Part shown: piece after piece, positions 1-8,154 of the stretch | Layout: the number at the start of each line of letters is the position of its first letter | How positions within the stretch are numbered: position 1 is the stretch's first letter | NCBI GenBank assembly: GCA_903881545.1 | Contig: CAIRTQ010000048.1 | Span: forward strand, 25,914 to 89,913 | DNA from: an uncultured Elusimicrobia bacterium | Lineage (GTDB): Bacteria > Elusimicrobiota > Elusimicrobia > UBA1565 > UBA9628 | Direction: 5' to 3' | DNA length: 64,000 nucleotides | Program-made: the position numbers and the translations under genes | The notes under the pieces: model-generated | Seen by the model: the letters and a program-made list of their open reading frames with translations, nothing else | What the model was told of the DNA's origin: nothing | Databases searched by the model: none

Positions 1-228
1 TTACCACGTCGTTCTAAACGTCCACTATCCCGGGGAGATCGACTTCCTGATCCTCGCGCGAAAGGCCATCATCGCCATCGAAGTCAAGGCCTGGGGTTCG
101 GCCGAGCCGCTGACCGAGGACGGCAATCCGGCCGGCGACTGGATACCGGACAACTACGGCCGGGTGTTCTTCAAGGATGACGTGCGCTACCGCCTGCTGG
201 ATTTCGTCGGCACCCTTTCCTTGGCCGC

Positions 229-1275
229 ATGGTCTCGGGGCTCGGGCTCTCCGTCCGCATCGACGACAATCTGGAGCTCTCCGCCGGCGATGTGGAGCTC
301 ACGGCCAAGGTGCGCCGCATGCTGGAGCGGCCCTATGAGGTCGGCCAGGAGGCCGCGATACAGGGGACGAGGCTGGCGTTCCGGGACGCCCTGCTCAAGG
401 TCCTTGCCGAGTTCCACAGGAAGCGGTCAGGCTGGCGGGTCGTGGTCGTCCTCGACGAGTTCTCGGAGGTGTTCCTCAAGGCCTGGCAGACGGCGCAGGC
501 CCCCGCGCCCAGGCGCGCGCCGGCGACCGACGCGGCGCCGGTGGGCCCCGACGACCTGCGCTTCATCGGGACGCTTCTGCGCGACCGCGAGGTCCTGAAG
601 AACTGCTCCGTCGTGCTCCTGGGCAAGCCCTTCATGGTGGACGCCGACCGCCGGCTCAAGAGCGAGATATTCGCCAGCCTGCCGGAGGTGCGGGTGGGCC
701 CCCAGGAACGAAAGGACATGGAGTTCCTGGTCAGCAGTCTGGCCGCGCCGGTCAAATTCGGCGCCGAACTGATGGCGCGGCTCTGGGGCCTGACGCGGGG
801 CTGTCCCTACTATGTTCAGCTCCTGTGCGACGCGGTGATCTCCGGGCTGGCGCCCAGCCAGGCCAAGGCGCTCGACGCGGACTTCGACCGCGCTGTCGCG
901 GCGGTTGTCGGGGACGATTCGAAGTTCTCCTTCGAGCTGACGGACTATGACCTGAGGTCATCCGAGATGGAGGACCGGTCCGTGGAGCAGTTGTATTCGG
1001 TGAAGCTGCTCTGCGTCCTGGACAAGCTCGGCCAGGCCCGGCCGGCCGAGGAGGCCCCTTGGGTGCAGACCGAGGCGGTGGTGGGCCTCTGCCGCAAGGC
1101 CATGCGCATGGACGAGAATCAGTCGCGCAACGTCTTGCGGGGGCTCGAAGGGGCCCGGGTCGTCGAGACTCGCGCAGGAGCCAATCAGCCGGAGGTCCGG
1201 ATCGGGATCCCCTTGCTGGCGGTATGGGCCAGGAAGCGGGATCTCTACACGGCCTGCGTCAGTCGCGCGGGTTAG
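229..1275 (+). CDS. Hypothetical protein. The upstream reading frame (window start to ~232) encodes a NERD/PD-(D/E)xK-like motif and may belong to the same gene through a frameshift.
   Basis: Frame-1 ORF with a credible, non-low-complexity translation (VVVVLDEFSEVF, Walker-B-like; C-terminal lid-like helices) and no Walker A. Frame 2 from position 2 reads YHVVLNVHYPGEIDFLILARKAIIAIEVKAWG, a NERD/PD-(D/E)xK-like D...E.K motif, then turns to Arg/Ser-rich junk after ~232. Confidence 0.4.
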   Translation: MVSGLGLSVRIDDNLELSAGDVELTAKVRRMLERPYEVGQEAAIQGTRLAFRDALLKVLAEFHRKRSGWRVVVVLDEFSEVFLKAWQTAQAPAPRRAPATDAAPVGPDDLRFIGTLLRDREVLKNCSVVLLGKPFMVDADRRLKSEIFASLPEVRVGPQERKDMEFLVSSLAAPVKFGAELMARLWGLTRGCPYYVQLLCDAVISGLAPSQAKALDADFDRAVAAVVGDDSKFSFELTDYDLRSSEMEDRSVEQLYSVKLLCVLDKLGQARPAEEAPWVQTEAVVGLCRKAMRMDENQSRNVLRGLEGARVVETRAGANQPEVRIGIPLLAVWARKRDLYTACVSRAG

Positions 1276-1284
1276 TCCTTTTTC

Positions 1285-2352
1285 TCATGGTGGTGTATTG
1301 AACCGGCGTTCAAAGTCGCCTACAACCGACAGTATCTCCGCGAAGGCCGGCGTCTCGCCGAAGAACATGACCTCGCGCATCGCCTCGTAGTCCTGCGCCC
1401 AAAGGGCGCGTTGATTCTCGTGCGGCAGCAAACGAAGGGAGCCGGGCCGAAGAGATTTATGGGCTTCCGGGCTCTTTCGAAAGAAAATCGCCCGATGGGC
1501 GGCCACGCGGGCAAAGAGCGCGGCGTCGGAGAGCGCCTTGTCGCCGATGCCGGCGCCGATGAGGCGCCAAAGGTCGTAGTAGTGCCGTGCCAAGCGGGCC
1601 TTCGGCCCGCTCGCGCCGGACCGATAGGTCTCCTCGTGCAGAAGCATGGCCTTCTCCCAAAAGGTCCTTTCGGGGGCGACCGTGCGAATCTTGAACGCGC
1701 TGTCCTTGAACTCGCCCGGCAGGACCTCAGCCAGGTAGGGCCGGATCTCCGGCCTGGCCGAAGGCTCCGTATCGGAGCGCGCGCCCAACTCGATCTTGAC
1801 TACCGGCCGCAGATAGGCGCCGGAGGCAAGCGCGGCGGGGTACTCGAAGAGAAGCGTCTGCTGGTCGGCATCGGCCGCATCGGCTCGAAGCGTCCACTTA
1901 AGTCCCGCAGGCAGCTTGTCATGAAGATTCTTATGGAGGGCGGGCTGAAGGCGCTCGCGTATGTGGGCTTGGCAGGCGGCTTTCAGTCCTTCAAGCCGCT
2001 TTTCCCGCTGGTTGTTGCTCGGCGCCGCCTCCGGCGCTTGGGCGCCTGCGAAGCCGAGGAAGCTCCGGTCGATGACCACGTCAATATCTTCGGAGAATCG
2101 CGCGATGAGCTTCCAGGCTTTCGAGAGCGAAGTCCCGCCCTTGAAAGTGAGATGGGGGCCGAAGTCGGCCAGGGTGAAAAGCTCCCGAAGCGTCCAGCAG
2201 ACCCAAAAATCCTTCTCGATGCTGGCCGCCGGCAGGTCGAGCTGGGTTCCCGCCTCCTCGCAGAGCTTGCGCCGCCGAGCTGGCGCAAGAGACAGGAAAG
2301 AATTCATGAGGACCGGCCTGCAGCGACACGGCGCATCACTTCTCCGACCCAA
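1285..2352 (-). CDS. abiEii: AbiEii/AbiGii-family nucleotidyltransferase toxin (type IV toxin-antitoxin)
   Basis: LTFKGGTSLSKAWKLIARFSEDIDVVI is the characteristic DUF1814/AbiEii nucleotidyltransferase motif. The protein is 355 aa and its start overlaps the end of the upstream antitoxin-like gene. Confidence 0.8.
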   Translation of the reverse strand: MGRRSDAPCRCRPVLMNSFLSLAPARRRKLCEEAGTQLDLPAASIEKDFWVCWTLRELFTLADFGPHLTFKGGTSLSKAWKLIARFSEDIDVVIDRSFLGFAGAQAPEAAPSNNQREKRLEGLKAACQAHIRERLQPALHKNLHDKLPAGLKWTLRADAADADQQTLLFEYPAALASGAYLRPVVKIELGARSDTEPSARPEIRPYLAEVLPGEFKDSAFKIRTVAPERTFWEKAMLLHEETYRSGASGPKARLARHYYDLWRLIGAGIGDKALSDAALFARVAAHRAIFFRKSPEAHKSLRPGSLRLLPHENQRALWAQDYEAMREVMFFGETPAFAEILSVVGDFERRFNTPP

Positions 2353-2930
2353 ACGGGCGCGTAGCGGATATCCTGGCGCAGGTCGCGCTTGTCGCGCTGC
2401 GAGAGGCGGCGCTGGAGAATCGACACGACCTTGTCGTCCACGTTGTGGCGGCCGAGCCAGCGCAATGCCTGAATGACGGTTCTGCTGAGGCGGCCTCTTG
2501 CCGCCATCTGGCGAGGCGTGGTTTTCTTCAATAGGATCGTCCGCCGGCCTATCCGGACCGTCCGCGACCGGCCGTCGGTGAGAAAGACCATCCTCATGGG
2601 CACCTGATCCGAAAGGCCCAGGATGTTGGCTGCGTGCGCGCCGGAAGGCTGCAGGCGCGAGGCATCCCGGCCCTGGAGGGCCGTGGCGATGTCATCGGTC
2701 GAGGGGCTCAAGAGGCCGAGGCGCGGGTCGCGGCGCGGGTAATCGTAGAGGCCGTGGGTGAGCTTGCGAATTTTTCCCGCGCGCGCATTGCGAGAGAGCG
2801 CCTGGTCTACCGCGGCGCGGCTGCCGAGGTCGAGAAAGTCAGCGGGAGTAAAGACATAGCCGGGTCTCCGCCCACGGATTCGAGCCATGATCTGCTGGCC
2901 GATTGAGCCGGAATGTGGTCCTCTGCCCAT
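2304..2930 (-). CDS. abiEi: AbiEi-family antitoxin/transcriptional regulator
   Basis: 208 aa. The N-terminal winged-HTH-like region (GYVFTPADFLDLGSRAAVDQALSRNARAGKIRKLTHGLYDYP) is typical of AbiEi_4. It overlaps abiEii by 49 nt in operon arrangement. Confidence 0.7.
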   Translation of the reverse strand: MGRGPHSGSIGQQIMARIRGRRPGYVFTPADFLDLGSRAAVDQALSRNARAGKIRKLTHGLYDYPRRDPRLGLLSPSTDDIATALQGRDASRLQPSGAHAANILGLSDQVPMRMVFLTDGRSRTVRIGRRTILLKKTTPRQMAARGRLSRTVIQALRWLGRHNVDDKVVSILQRRLSQRDKRDLRQDIRYAPVWVGEVMRRVAAGRSS

Positions 2931-3048
2931 AATCTATTTGTCAGAAAGTGTATCTGTTCTTCTGCCAAATAGCAATGGCTTCTTCTTCAATTATCGCCTA
3001 AAACGATATTAATTGGTCATTTGATGCTTTTCGCTCTTGGGAATTGGC

Positions 3049-3555
3049 CTATTCCTTCTTGCGAAAGGACGCCGCCGTGAGAAGCACCCAGGCCAGATCA
3101 TGGATGACGAACACCACCGTCAGGAGCAAGGATAAGAGCCACAGCAGCGAGTTGATGACCCCGCCCGGGCGGAGCTCCCCGCAACGAGGGCAGAACCATT
3201 TGTCCTCCATCCGCGCCTTGCACCTGCAGCATGTCTTTACCACGATTCCGGGCATCTTCGTGTTATATCTATACGGGGTGCCGCAGGCCCAGCACAATAC
3301 CCCGGCCGTGATAGCCCCGACCAAGTACATCAATCCTGGCTTGAGCATCCATAGATCCATCGTGCTGTCCAAGGCTGCAAAAATGCAGAACAGGGCTCTT
3401 ATGAGACAAAACAAGGTGACAAGTTCTAAGGCCAGAAAAGATACCAAGCGCAGAAAACGCATCAGCACATAGGCGGCCTCCTCGGATATGTCATCCCAAA
3501 GAGTCACTGGTTGTCCGGCCGTGATACCATCCCTCTTGCTCTTGGTTTTCATCAA
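3049..3555 (-). CDS. Small membrane protein with C-terminal zinc ribbon (hypothetical)
   Basis: Several hydrophobic helices plus CCRCKARMEDKWFCPRCGE. Lies in a locally lower-GC stretch and is coupled to the next ORF (3552/3555). Confidence 0.4.
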   Translation of the reverse strand: MMKTKSKRDGITAGQPVTLWDDISEEAAYVLMRFLRLVSFLALELVTLFCLIRALFCIFAALDSTMDLWMLKPGLMYLVGAITAGVLCWACGTPYRYNTKMPGIVVKTCCRCKARMEDKWFCPRCGELRPGGVINSLLWLLSLLLTVVFVIHDLAWVLLTAASFRKKE

Positions 3556-3908
3556 TTCCTCCTCTTCAGCGCGCGATTCATCCGGGTCAGGGCGATGGAG
3601 AATCCGGACCTCCTGCCCGTGATCAATCCCTGCAGGTCACTCGCGCTGAATGTGCCCAGCACCCTGAACAGCTCCTCTTCGGTGGTATTCAGCTCCTTGG
3701 CCGCCATCAAGGCGGCGGTCTCCGCGGGGACATCGCCGCCGATGTGCAGTTCCCTCAGCCGCGCCAGCGCCTCGCGCCTCTGCTTCTCGGTCGGGTCCTC
3801 CCAGATCAACCCGAACATCCGGTTGGCTACAGGGACGACATAGGCCGCCGAGAACCATAGGCACAGCAGAACGAAGACTCCCACCACGCCGTAGAGGATG
3901 GCTGCCAT
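3552..3908 (-). CDS. Small membrane protein (hypothetical)
   Basis: N-terminal transmembrane segment (ILYGVVGVFVLLCLWFSAAYVV). Coupled to the downstream ORF. Confidence 0.35.
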   Translation of the reverse strand: MAAILYGVVGVFVLLCLWFSAAYVVPVANRMFGLIWEDPTEKQRREALARLRELHIGGDVPAETAALMAAKELNTTEEELFRVLGTFSASDLQGLITGRRSGFSIALTRMNRALKRRN

Positions 3909-3912
3909 AGGC

Positions 3913-4374
3913 TTATGTGCAGGTGAACCCCTGCCGCGCGATCCGGAGGAGCCGCGCCTTCCACTGATTCACTTCCTTGGGATGGGCGTCCACCCACTTG
4001 TCCACGCGCTCCTCCATCTCGGGGCAGAAGGCCCTGACGACGATGTTTATGTCCTCCGTATCCTGTATCGACGGCGTGGACCTTATCCGATAGGCCATGT
4101 AGGCCATGGCCCCGTGGATCTGGCCCACGATCTCCGGCGTCAGCCTGGATTGCGGCGGATGAGGCCGCTTGGCTTCATTCAAGAGCCTTATGTGGGTGCT
4201 TTTGACGAGGAGCGCCAGGAAATATCCCTCGAGGGGCGCCAAGGATTTTGGTCCCCGCCAGCATCTTTCTTCTATCATCGTATTCTCCTCTTTATCGCGA
4301 AAGAGTCCGGGTCCTAATCGCTCCATCAGCCTTGTCCGCTTGCCGCATCTCATGCCATTGCCATCTCCACCCAT
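3913..4374 (-). CDS. Hypothetical protein; the true start is probably the internal Met near 4278
   Basis: ORF in the lower-GC islet with a non-repetitive translation (MIEERCWRGPKSLAPLEGYFLALLVK...). No recognisable motifs. Confidence 0.25.
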   Translation of the reverse strand: MGGDGNGMRCGKRTRLMERLGPGLFRDKEENTMIEERCWRGPKSLAPLEGYFLALLVKSTHIRLLNEAKRPHPPQSRLTPEIVGQIHGAMAYMAYRIRSTPSIQDTEDINIVVRAFCPEMEERVDKWVDAHPKEVNQWKARLLRIARQGFTCT

Positions 4375-4721
4375 ATAACGCGCGGACGGCCCTTCATGTT
4401 GCAGCCTGCGCTATAACGCCGCCTGGGCGGTCTACCGGCGGGATGTGGAGTGAACGATGCGGGCTCGCACCAACTGCAGGCAGTCGATGCGGCGGGCCGG
4501 GAGGTTGCGCGGGGTAGGTCTGCAACCAACAGCCAGGCCTGGCCGTTTATAAAGGAGAAGCGGCCTAAGCATACAGCTATGGGGAGGTCCTGAAATGATA
4601 CTATCGCGTAGGCATATGCGCGTTGACGACCGCCTGCTGAGTCCCCTTGCCAAGGTCTGCCGGGGGACCATGGATTTCAAGATGGACAATGTCGTTCGGA
4701 AGGTTCTTCTTTTCTTGAGCA

Positions 4722-5708
4722 ATGGAGACCCTGTTCGAGTCTGACCATATGGCAATGGAGAAGATTAACGGCATCCAGGTCGTCAATCTCTCCGGCATGC
4801 CGTTTGGCAAGGCGGCTGCCCTTTTTGACCAGCGTCTCAAGGCCGAGAAGATCATCCTCCTGCCGGACTTGTGCCCTGGCCGGGGCGCCCTGCCGACAGG
4901 CTGCGCGGTGCTGGTGGACCCGGCACGGGAGCCTGATTGGCGTCGATATGCGGTCTCGGACGTTGGTTGCGGCATCTGCCTGCACTGGTCTTCGCTGGAC
5001 CGGGTCGAATTCGAAAAGCGCAGGCCCTCCTGGGACGCCCTGGCGTCGGATCTGTCCGGCCGGGCCGGGGCGCTGGGCGAACTGGGCGGCGGGAACCATT
5101 TCCTAGATGCCGTTGTCGATGCAGGGCAGCGCGTCGGCTTCGTCGTCCATTCAGGGTCCCGGGACGAGGGGCATGACCTGGGCGGGCTTCTCGCTGCCCC
5201 GGCCCTTTTTGACAGGAGATTCGCGGAGGCCGCGCAATGGGCGGCGGACAACAGGCGGGCGATCGCCGCGGCGGCCACGAGGCGTTTCGGGAAGCTCGAG
5301 TTCGCACTGGATCTGCCGCACAACACCTTTGAGATGGTCGGCGGCAAAGTCCTCATCAGGAAGGGCGCCATGAAGCTGCCTTTTGGCGGGACCGGGCTCA
5401 TCCCGTCGAGCATGGATGGAGACATGGCCTTGGTGGAGGGGAAGCCCGCGATGGCGGAACTTCTGGACAGCATGCTGCACGGCACCGGGCGCATCCTGCC
5501 GCGTGGCCGTGCCAAGATGGCGGCCGCGGATTACGATTTCGCTGGTCTTCGCCGGAAGGTCTACATCCCAGAGGCCATCAAGGACGCATCGCTCAGGACC
5601 GAACATCCCGAATGTTACAGGCCGCTGGATGGGCATCTTCAACTCTTGGAAAGATATTTCGAGATCAAGGGGCGGTTGAAGCCGATCGCTTACATCGGGC
5701 AGGTTTAA
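4722..5708 (+). CDS. rtcB: RtcB-family RNA ligase-like protein (compact, 328 aa)
   Basis: GGGNHFLDAVV, VVHSGSRDEGHDLG and LHGTGRI match the RtcB metal/GTP-binding motifs (GGNHF, HSGSRG, HGAGR). Confidence 0.55.
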   Translation: METLFESDHMAMEKINGIQVVNLSGMPFGKAAALFDQRLKAEKIILLPDLCPGRGALPTGCAVLVDPAREPDWRRYAVSDVGCGICLHWSSLDRVEFEKRRPSWDALASDLSGRAGALGELGGGNHFLDAVVDAGQRVGFVVHSGSRDEGHDLGGLLAAPALFDRRFAEAAQWAADNRRAIAAAATRRFGKLEFALDLPHNTFEMVGGKVLIRKGAMKLPFGGTGLIPSSMDGDMALVEGKPAMAELLDSMLHGTGRILPRGRAKMAAADYDFAGLRRKVYIPEAIKDASLRTEHPECYRPLDGHLQLLERYFEIKGRLKPIAYIGQV

Positions 5709-5717
5709 GGGAGAGTC

Positions 5718-6140
5718 ATGATGCGCGCGCGGAAGACGGGCAGGGTGCGGCGAGACGGGCCGCCGATTTTCCTCAATATAAGCAACCATCCGCTCTCGGA
5801 TTGGCCTCCGGAGCAGGTCCGGGCGGCTTTGCGGCTTGCGCCCGGGGCAAGGCTGGTGGACCTGCCTTTCCCGCAGGTGCCGCCGGAGGCGGGGAAAGCG
5901 GATGTCGCGGCGCTCATGGAGGCCGTTTTGCGCCGGGTCCCGGCTGGGACGACCCACGCGATGGTGATGGGAGAGTTCGCCTTGGCCTTCGCGCTTGTGG
6001 CGCGGCTTGAACGGTTCGGGGTGGAGTGCTTCGCTTCGACTACGACGCGCCGGCCGATGAAGGAGGCTTTCCGATTCGGTCGGTTCAGAAGATACTCCCC
6101 TTTGACGGCGGGGAAAAGAGAGGTCAGGGGTGACAAATGA
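5718..6140 (+). CDS. Small hypothetical protein immediately upstream of cas10 (possible type III accessory)
   Basis: 140 aa with a clean translation (ISNHPLSDWPPEQVRAAL...). Its stop overlaps the cas10 start (6137-6140). Confidence 0.35.
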   Translation: MMRARKTGRVRRDGPPIFLNISNHPLSDWPPEQVRAALRLAPGARLVDLPFPQVPPEAGKADVAALMEAVLRRVPAGTTHAMVMGEFALAFALVARLERFGVECFASTTTRRPMKEAFRFGRFRRYSPLTAGKREVRGDK

Positions 6141-7567
6141 TCCATTATTACTGCTTTGCGGCAAAGGGCATACAAGATTACATCCTACGAGGGGACAGAC
6201 TGCGCCTCATGGTCGGCGGCAGCGAGCTCATCGAGTCCCTGCCTAACAAATTTCTGGCGAGACTGCTCGATGGCCTCGGGCTCAAAGAGCCCTCGGACTA
6301 CGAGATACTCTCCCGCGTGGCCGGCGGAGCCAGGATCATCTTTAAGGAAGGCAAGGATGCCGAGCGGCTTGCGGAAGTCCTGCCCCTGGCGGTCAGCCTG
6401 TACGCTCCCGGGCTCGAGGTGGTGCAGGACTTGCGCCCACTCAACCGTGGGCTGGCTGATGTTATGGCCGATGCCGAGAAAGCCCTCTCCCGCCGGCGCA
6501 GTGTGCTTTTCGCCGCCAGTCCGTCCGCCGGACCGCTGGTCGAGCGCGCCCCGCGCACCGGGCTGCCGGTGGCGGAGGAGTTGCGTCATCGCGGACGCCG
6601 CGAGCCCGCGGACGCCGCCATGCTGGCCCGGGACGGAGCGGCGGACGCGGAGGCGCTCCGGCGCAAGATATACCCGGATAAGGCCATGCGCTTCGCGGAG
6701 AACATCGAGGAGATCGCGGGCGAGCGGGGTTGCGTCGCCGTCCTGCACGCCGACGGCAACGGTCTAGGGCGCGCGTTGAGCTCGCTCCTGAAGGAACTCG
6801 CCGGTCCGGACCAGACGACCGAGCGGTACCGGTCCTTCTGCGCCGCGGTCGATGCTTCGGCCCTCGCCGCTACGCGCGCGGCGCTCGACTGCGCCGATAC
6901 GGGCACGGCCCTGCTGGCGCGGCCGCTGGTGTGCGCGGGCGACGATGTGACGATGATCCTGCGCGGCAAGGACGCCCTTGCCGCTGCCAAAACCTTCCTG
7001 GAAACCTTCGAGAGCGAAAGTCTTGGTCGTCTGGGAAGAGGTCTGACGGCCGCGGCCGGCATAGCCTTCGTCCCGGCCGCTTTCCCGTTCGCTCAAGCCT
7101 ACAGGCTCTGCGAATCGCTCTGCGCCTTCGCCAAAGAAAAAAGCGGCAGGCGCGAATCCTCGCTCGCGTTCTGGAGGGTCACGTCCTCGGCCGCGGAGAG
7201 CTTCGGCGACATCCTCAAGAGCGAGCTCACGGCCCCGGATGGCAATATCCTGACCATGATGCCCTATGGGACAGGCGGCGACCTGCCTTCCGTCGCTGAT
7301 CTGCTCAAGCTGAAGGATGCTGTAGCTGCCATGCCCCGAGGCGGCCTGCGTGGCCTGCTCTCCGACATCTTCGTGGGCCGCGAGGTCGCCCAGCGGGCCT
7401 TTGAGCGCGTCGTGGATGTGGCTAAAGGCCGTGGCAAGGACCAGGACAAGCAGAGGGTAGAGGCCCTGCAGGGCGCGCTCAGCGCGCTGACCCAGGGCGG
7501 GCTCTGGAAAGGCCAGTCCACTCCCCTGCACGACGCCGTCGAACTGCTGGCAGCGGAGGCTTCATGA
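6137..7567 (+). CDS. cas10: Cas10-like cyclase subunit lacking an HD domain (type III-D-like Cas10)
   Basis: The N-terminus starts directly with the palm-domain signature (YCFAAKGIQDYIL...GGSEL). Palm-1 is AVLHADGNGLGRAL and Palm-2 is the GGDD-type LVCAGDDVTMILRG. No HD motif is present. Translationally coupled to the downstream RAMP genes. Confidence 0.65.
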   Translation: MIHYYCFAAKGIQDYILRGDRLRLMVGGSELIESLPNKFLARLLDGLGLKEPSDYEILSRVAGGARIIFKEGKDAERLAEVLPLAVSLYAPGLEVVQDLRPLNRGLADVMADAEKALSRRRSVLFAASPSAGPLVERAPRTGLPVAEELRHRGRREPADAAMLARDGAADAEALRRKIYPDKAMRFAENIEEIAGERGCVAVLHADGNGLGRALSSLLKELAGPDQTTERYRSFCAAVDASALAATRAALDCADTGTALLARPLVCAGDDVTMILRGKDALAAAKTFLETFESESLGRLGRGLTAAAGIAFVPAAFPFAQAYRLCESLCAFAKEKSGRRESSLAFWRVTSSAAESFGDILKSELTAPDGNILTMMPYGTGGDLPSVADLLKLKDAVAAMPRGGLRGLLSDIFVGREVAQRAFERVVDVAKGRGKDQDKQRVEALQGALSALTQGGLWKGQSTPLHDAVELLAAEAS

Positions 7568-8154
7568 ACATGGCAAGATTCTCGGTCAAGGTGGAGATAT
7601 CGTCCTATTGGCACGCCGGCTCCGGCGCCGGAAGGGGGGCGGATGTCGACGCCTTGGTGCTCAAGGGTCGCGACGGCATCCCTTACCTCCCCGGCCGGAC
7701 CCTGAAGGGCCTTCTGCGGGAGGGCATGGCGGTCTGCGAGGAGCTGGGCCACATCAGCCCGGGCCGTACCGATGCGCTTTTCGGCAAGCCGGCTCCGGAG
7801 GGGCGCGGCGACGGCTCGGTCCCAGGAGCCCTGATCGTCTCAGGCGCGGCCCTGCCCGAAGCCGAGCGCCTCTGGCTGGCCTCGAAAGAGGGGCACGGCG
7901 CCCGCGAGGCCCTCTTCGACCGGTTCGCTTCCACCCGCATCAGCGAGGACGGGACGGCCGAGGAGCATACCCTGCGCGCCATCGAGCTGTGCGTCCCGCT
8001 CACCCTGCACGCCGAAGTCGAGGGGCCTCCGGATGCGCAAGCCGACCTGGAGAAGGCCTGTTCTTTCGTCCGAGGGCTCGGCAGCCATCGCAGTCGTGGC
8101 CTCGGCCGCTGCCGCTTGAGCATAGAGGACATCAAGGAGCTTCCCCATGCTTGA
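7564..8154 (+). CDS. Small RAMP protein (Cas7/Cas5 group)
   Basis: YWHAGSGAGRG...IPYLPGRTLKGLLREG (RAMP core) and a C-terminal G-rich loop GLGSHRSRGLGRCRL. Start overlaps the cas10 stop. Confidence 0.55.
   Translation: MNMARFSVKVEISSYWHAGSGAGRGADVDALVLKGRDGIPYLPGRTLKGLLREGMAVCEELGHISPGRTDALFGKPAPEGRGDGSVPGALIVSGAALPEAERLWLASKEGHGAREALFDRFASTRISEDGTAEEHTLRAIELCVPLTLHAEVEGPPDAQADLEKACSFVRGLGSHRSRGLGRCRLSIEDIKELPHA

Noticed and set aside
164-598. 144-aa frame-2 ORF
   Set aside because: Only its first ~25 codons look protein-like (they continue the upstream NERD-like gene). The rest is Arg/Ser/Pro junk overprinting the real frame-1 gene.
1411-2364. 317-aa plus-strand ORF antisense to abiEii
   Set aside because: The translation is Arg/Gly/Pro-rich with no domain logic. 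It is fully shadowed by the well-supported minus-strand AbiEii gene, so it is an antisense artefact of GC-rich DNA.
4601-6175. Long minus-strand ORFs (304 aa, 337 aa, 156 aa) overlapping the RtcB-like and downstream genes
   Set aside because: The compositions are Pro/Arg/Ser-rich and low-complexity. The opposite-strand ORFs carry recognisable RtcB motifs.
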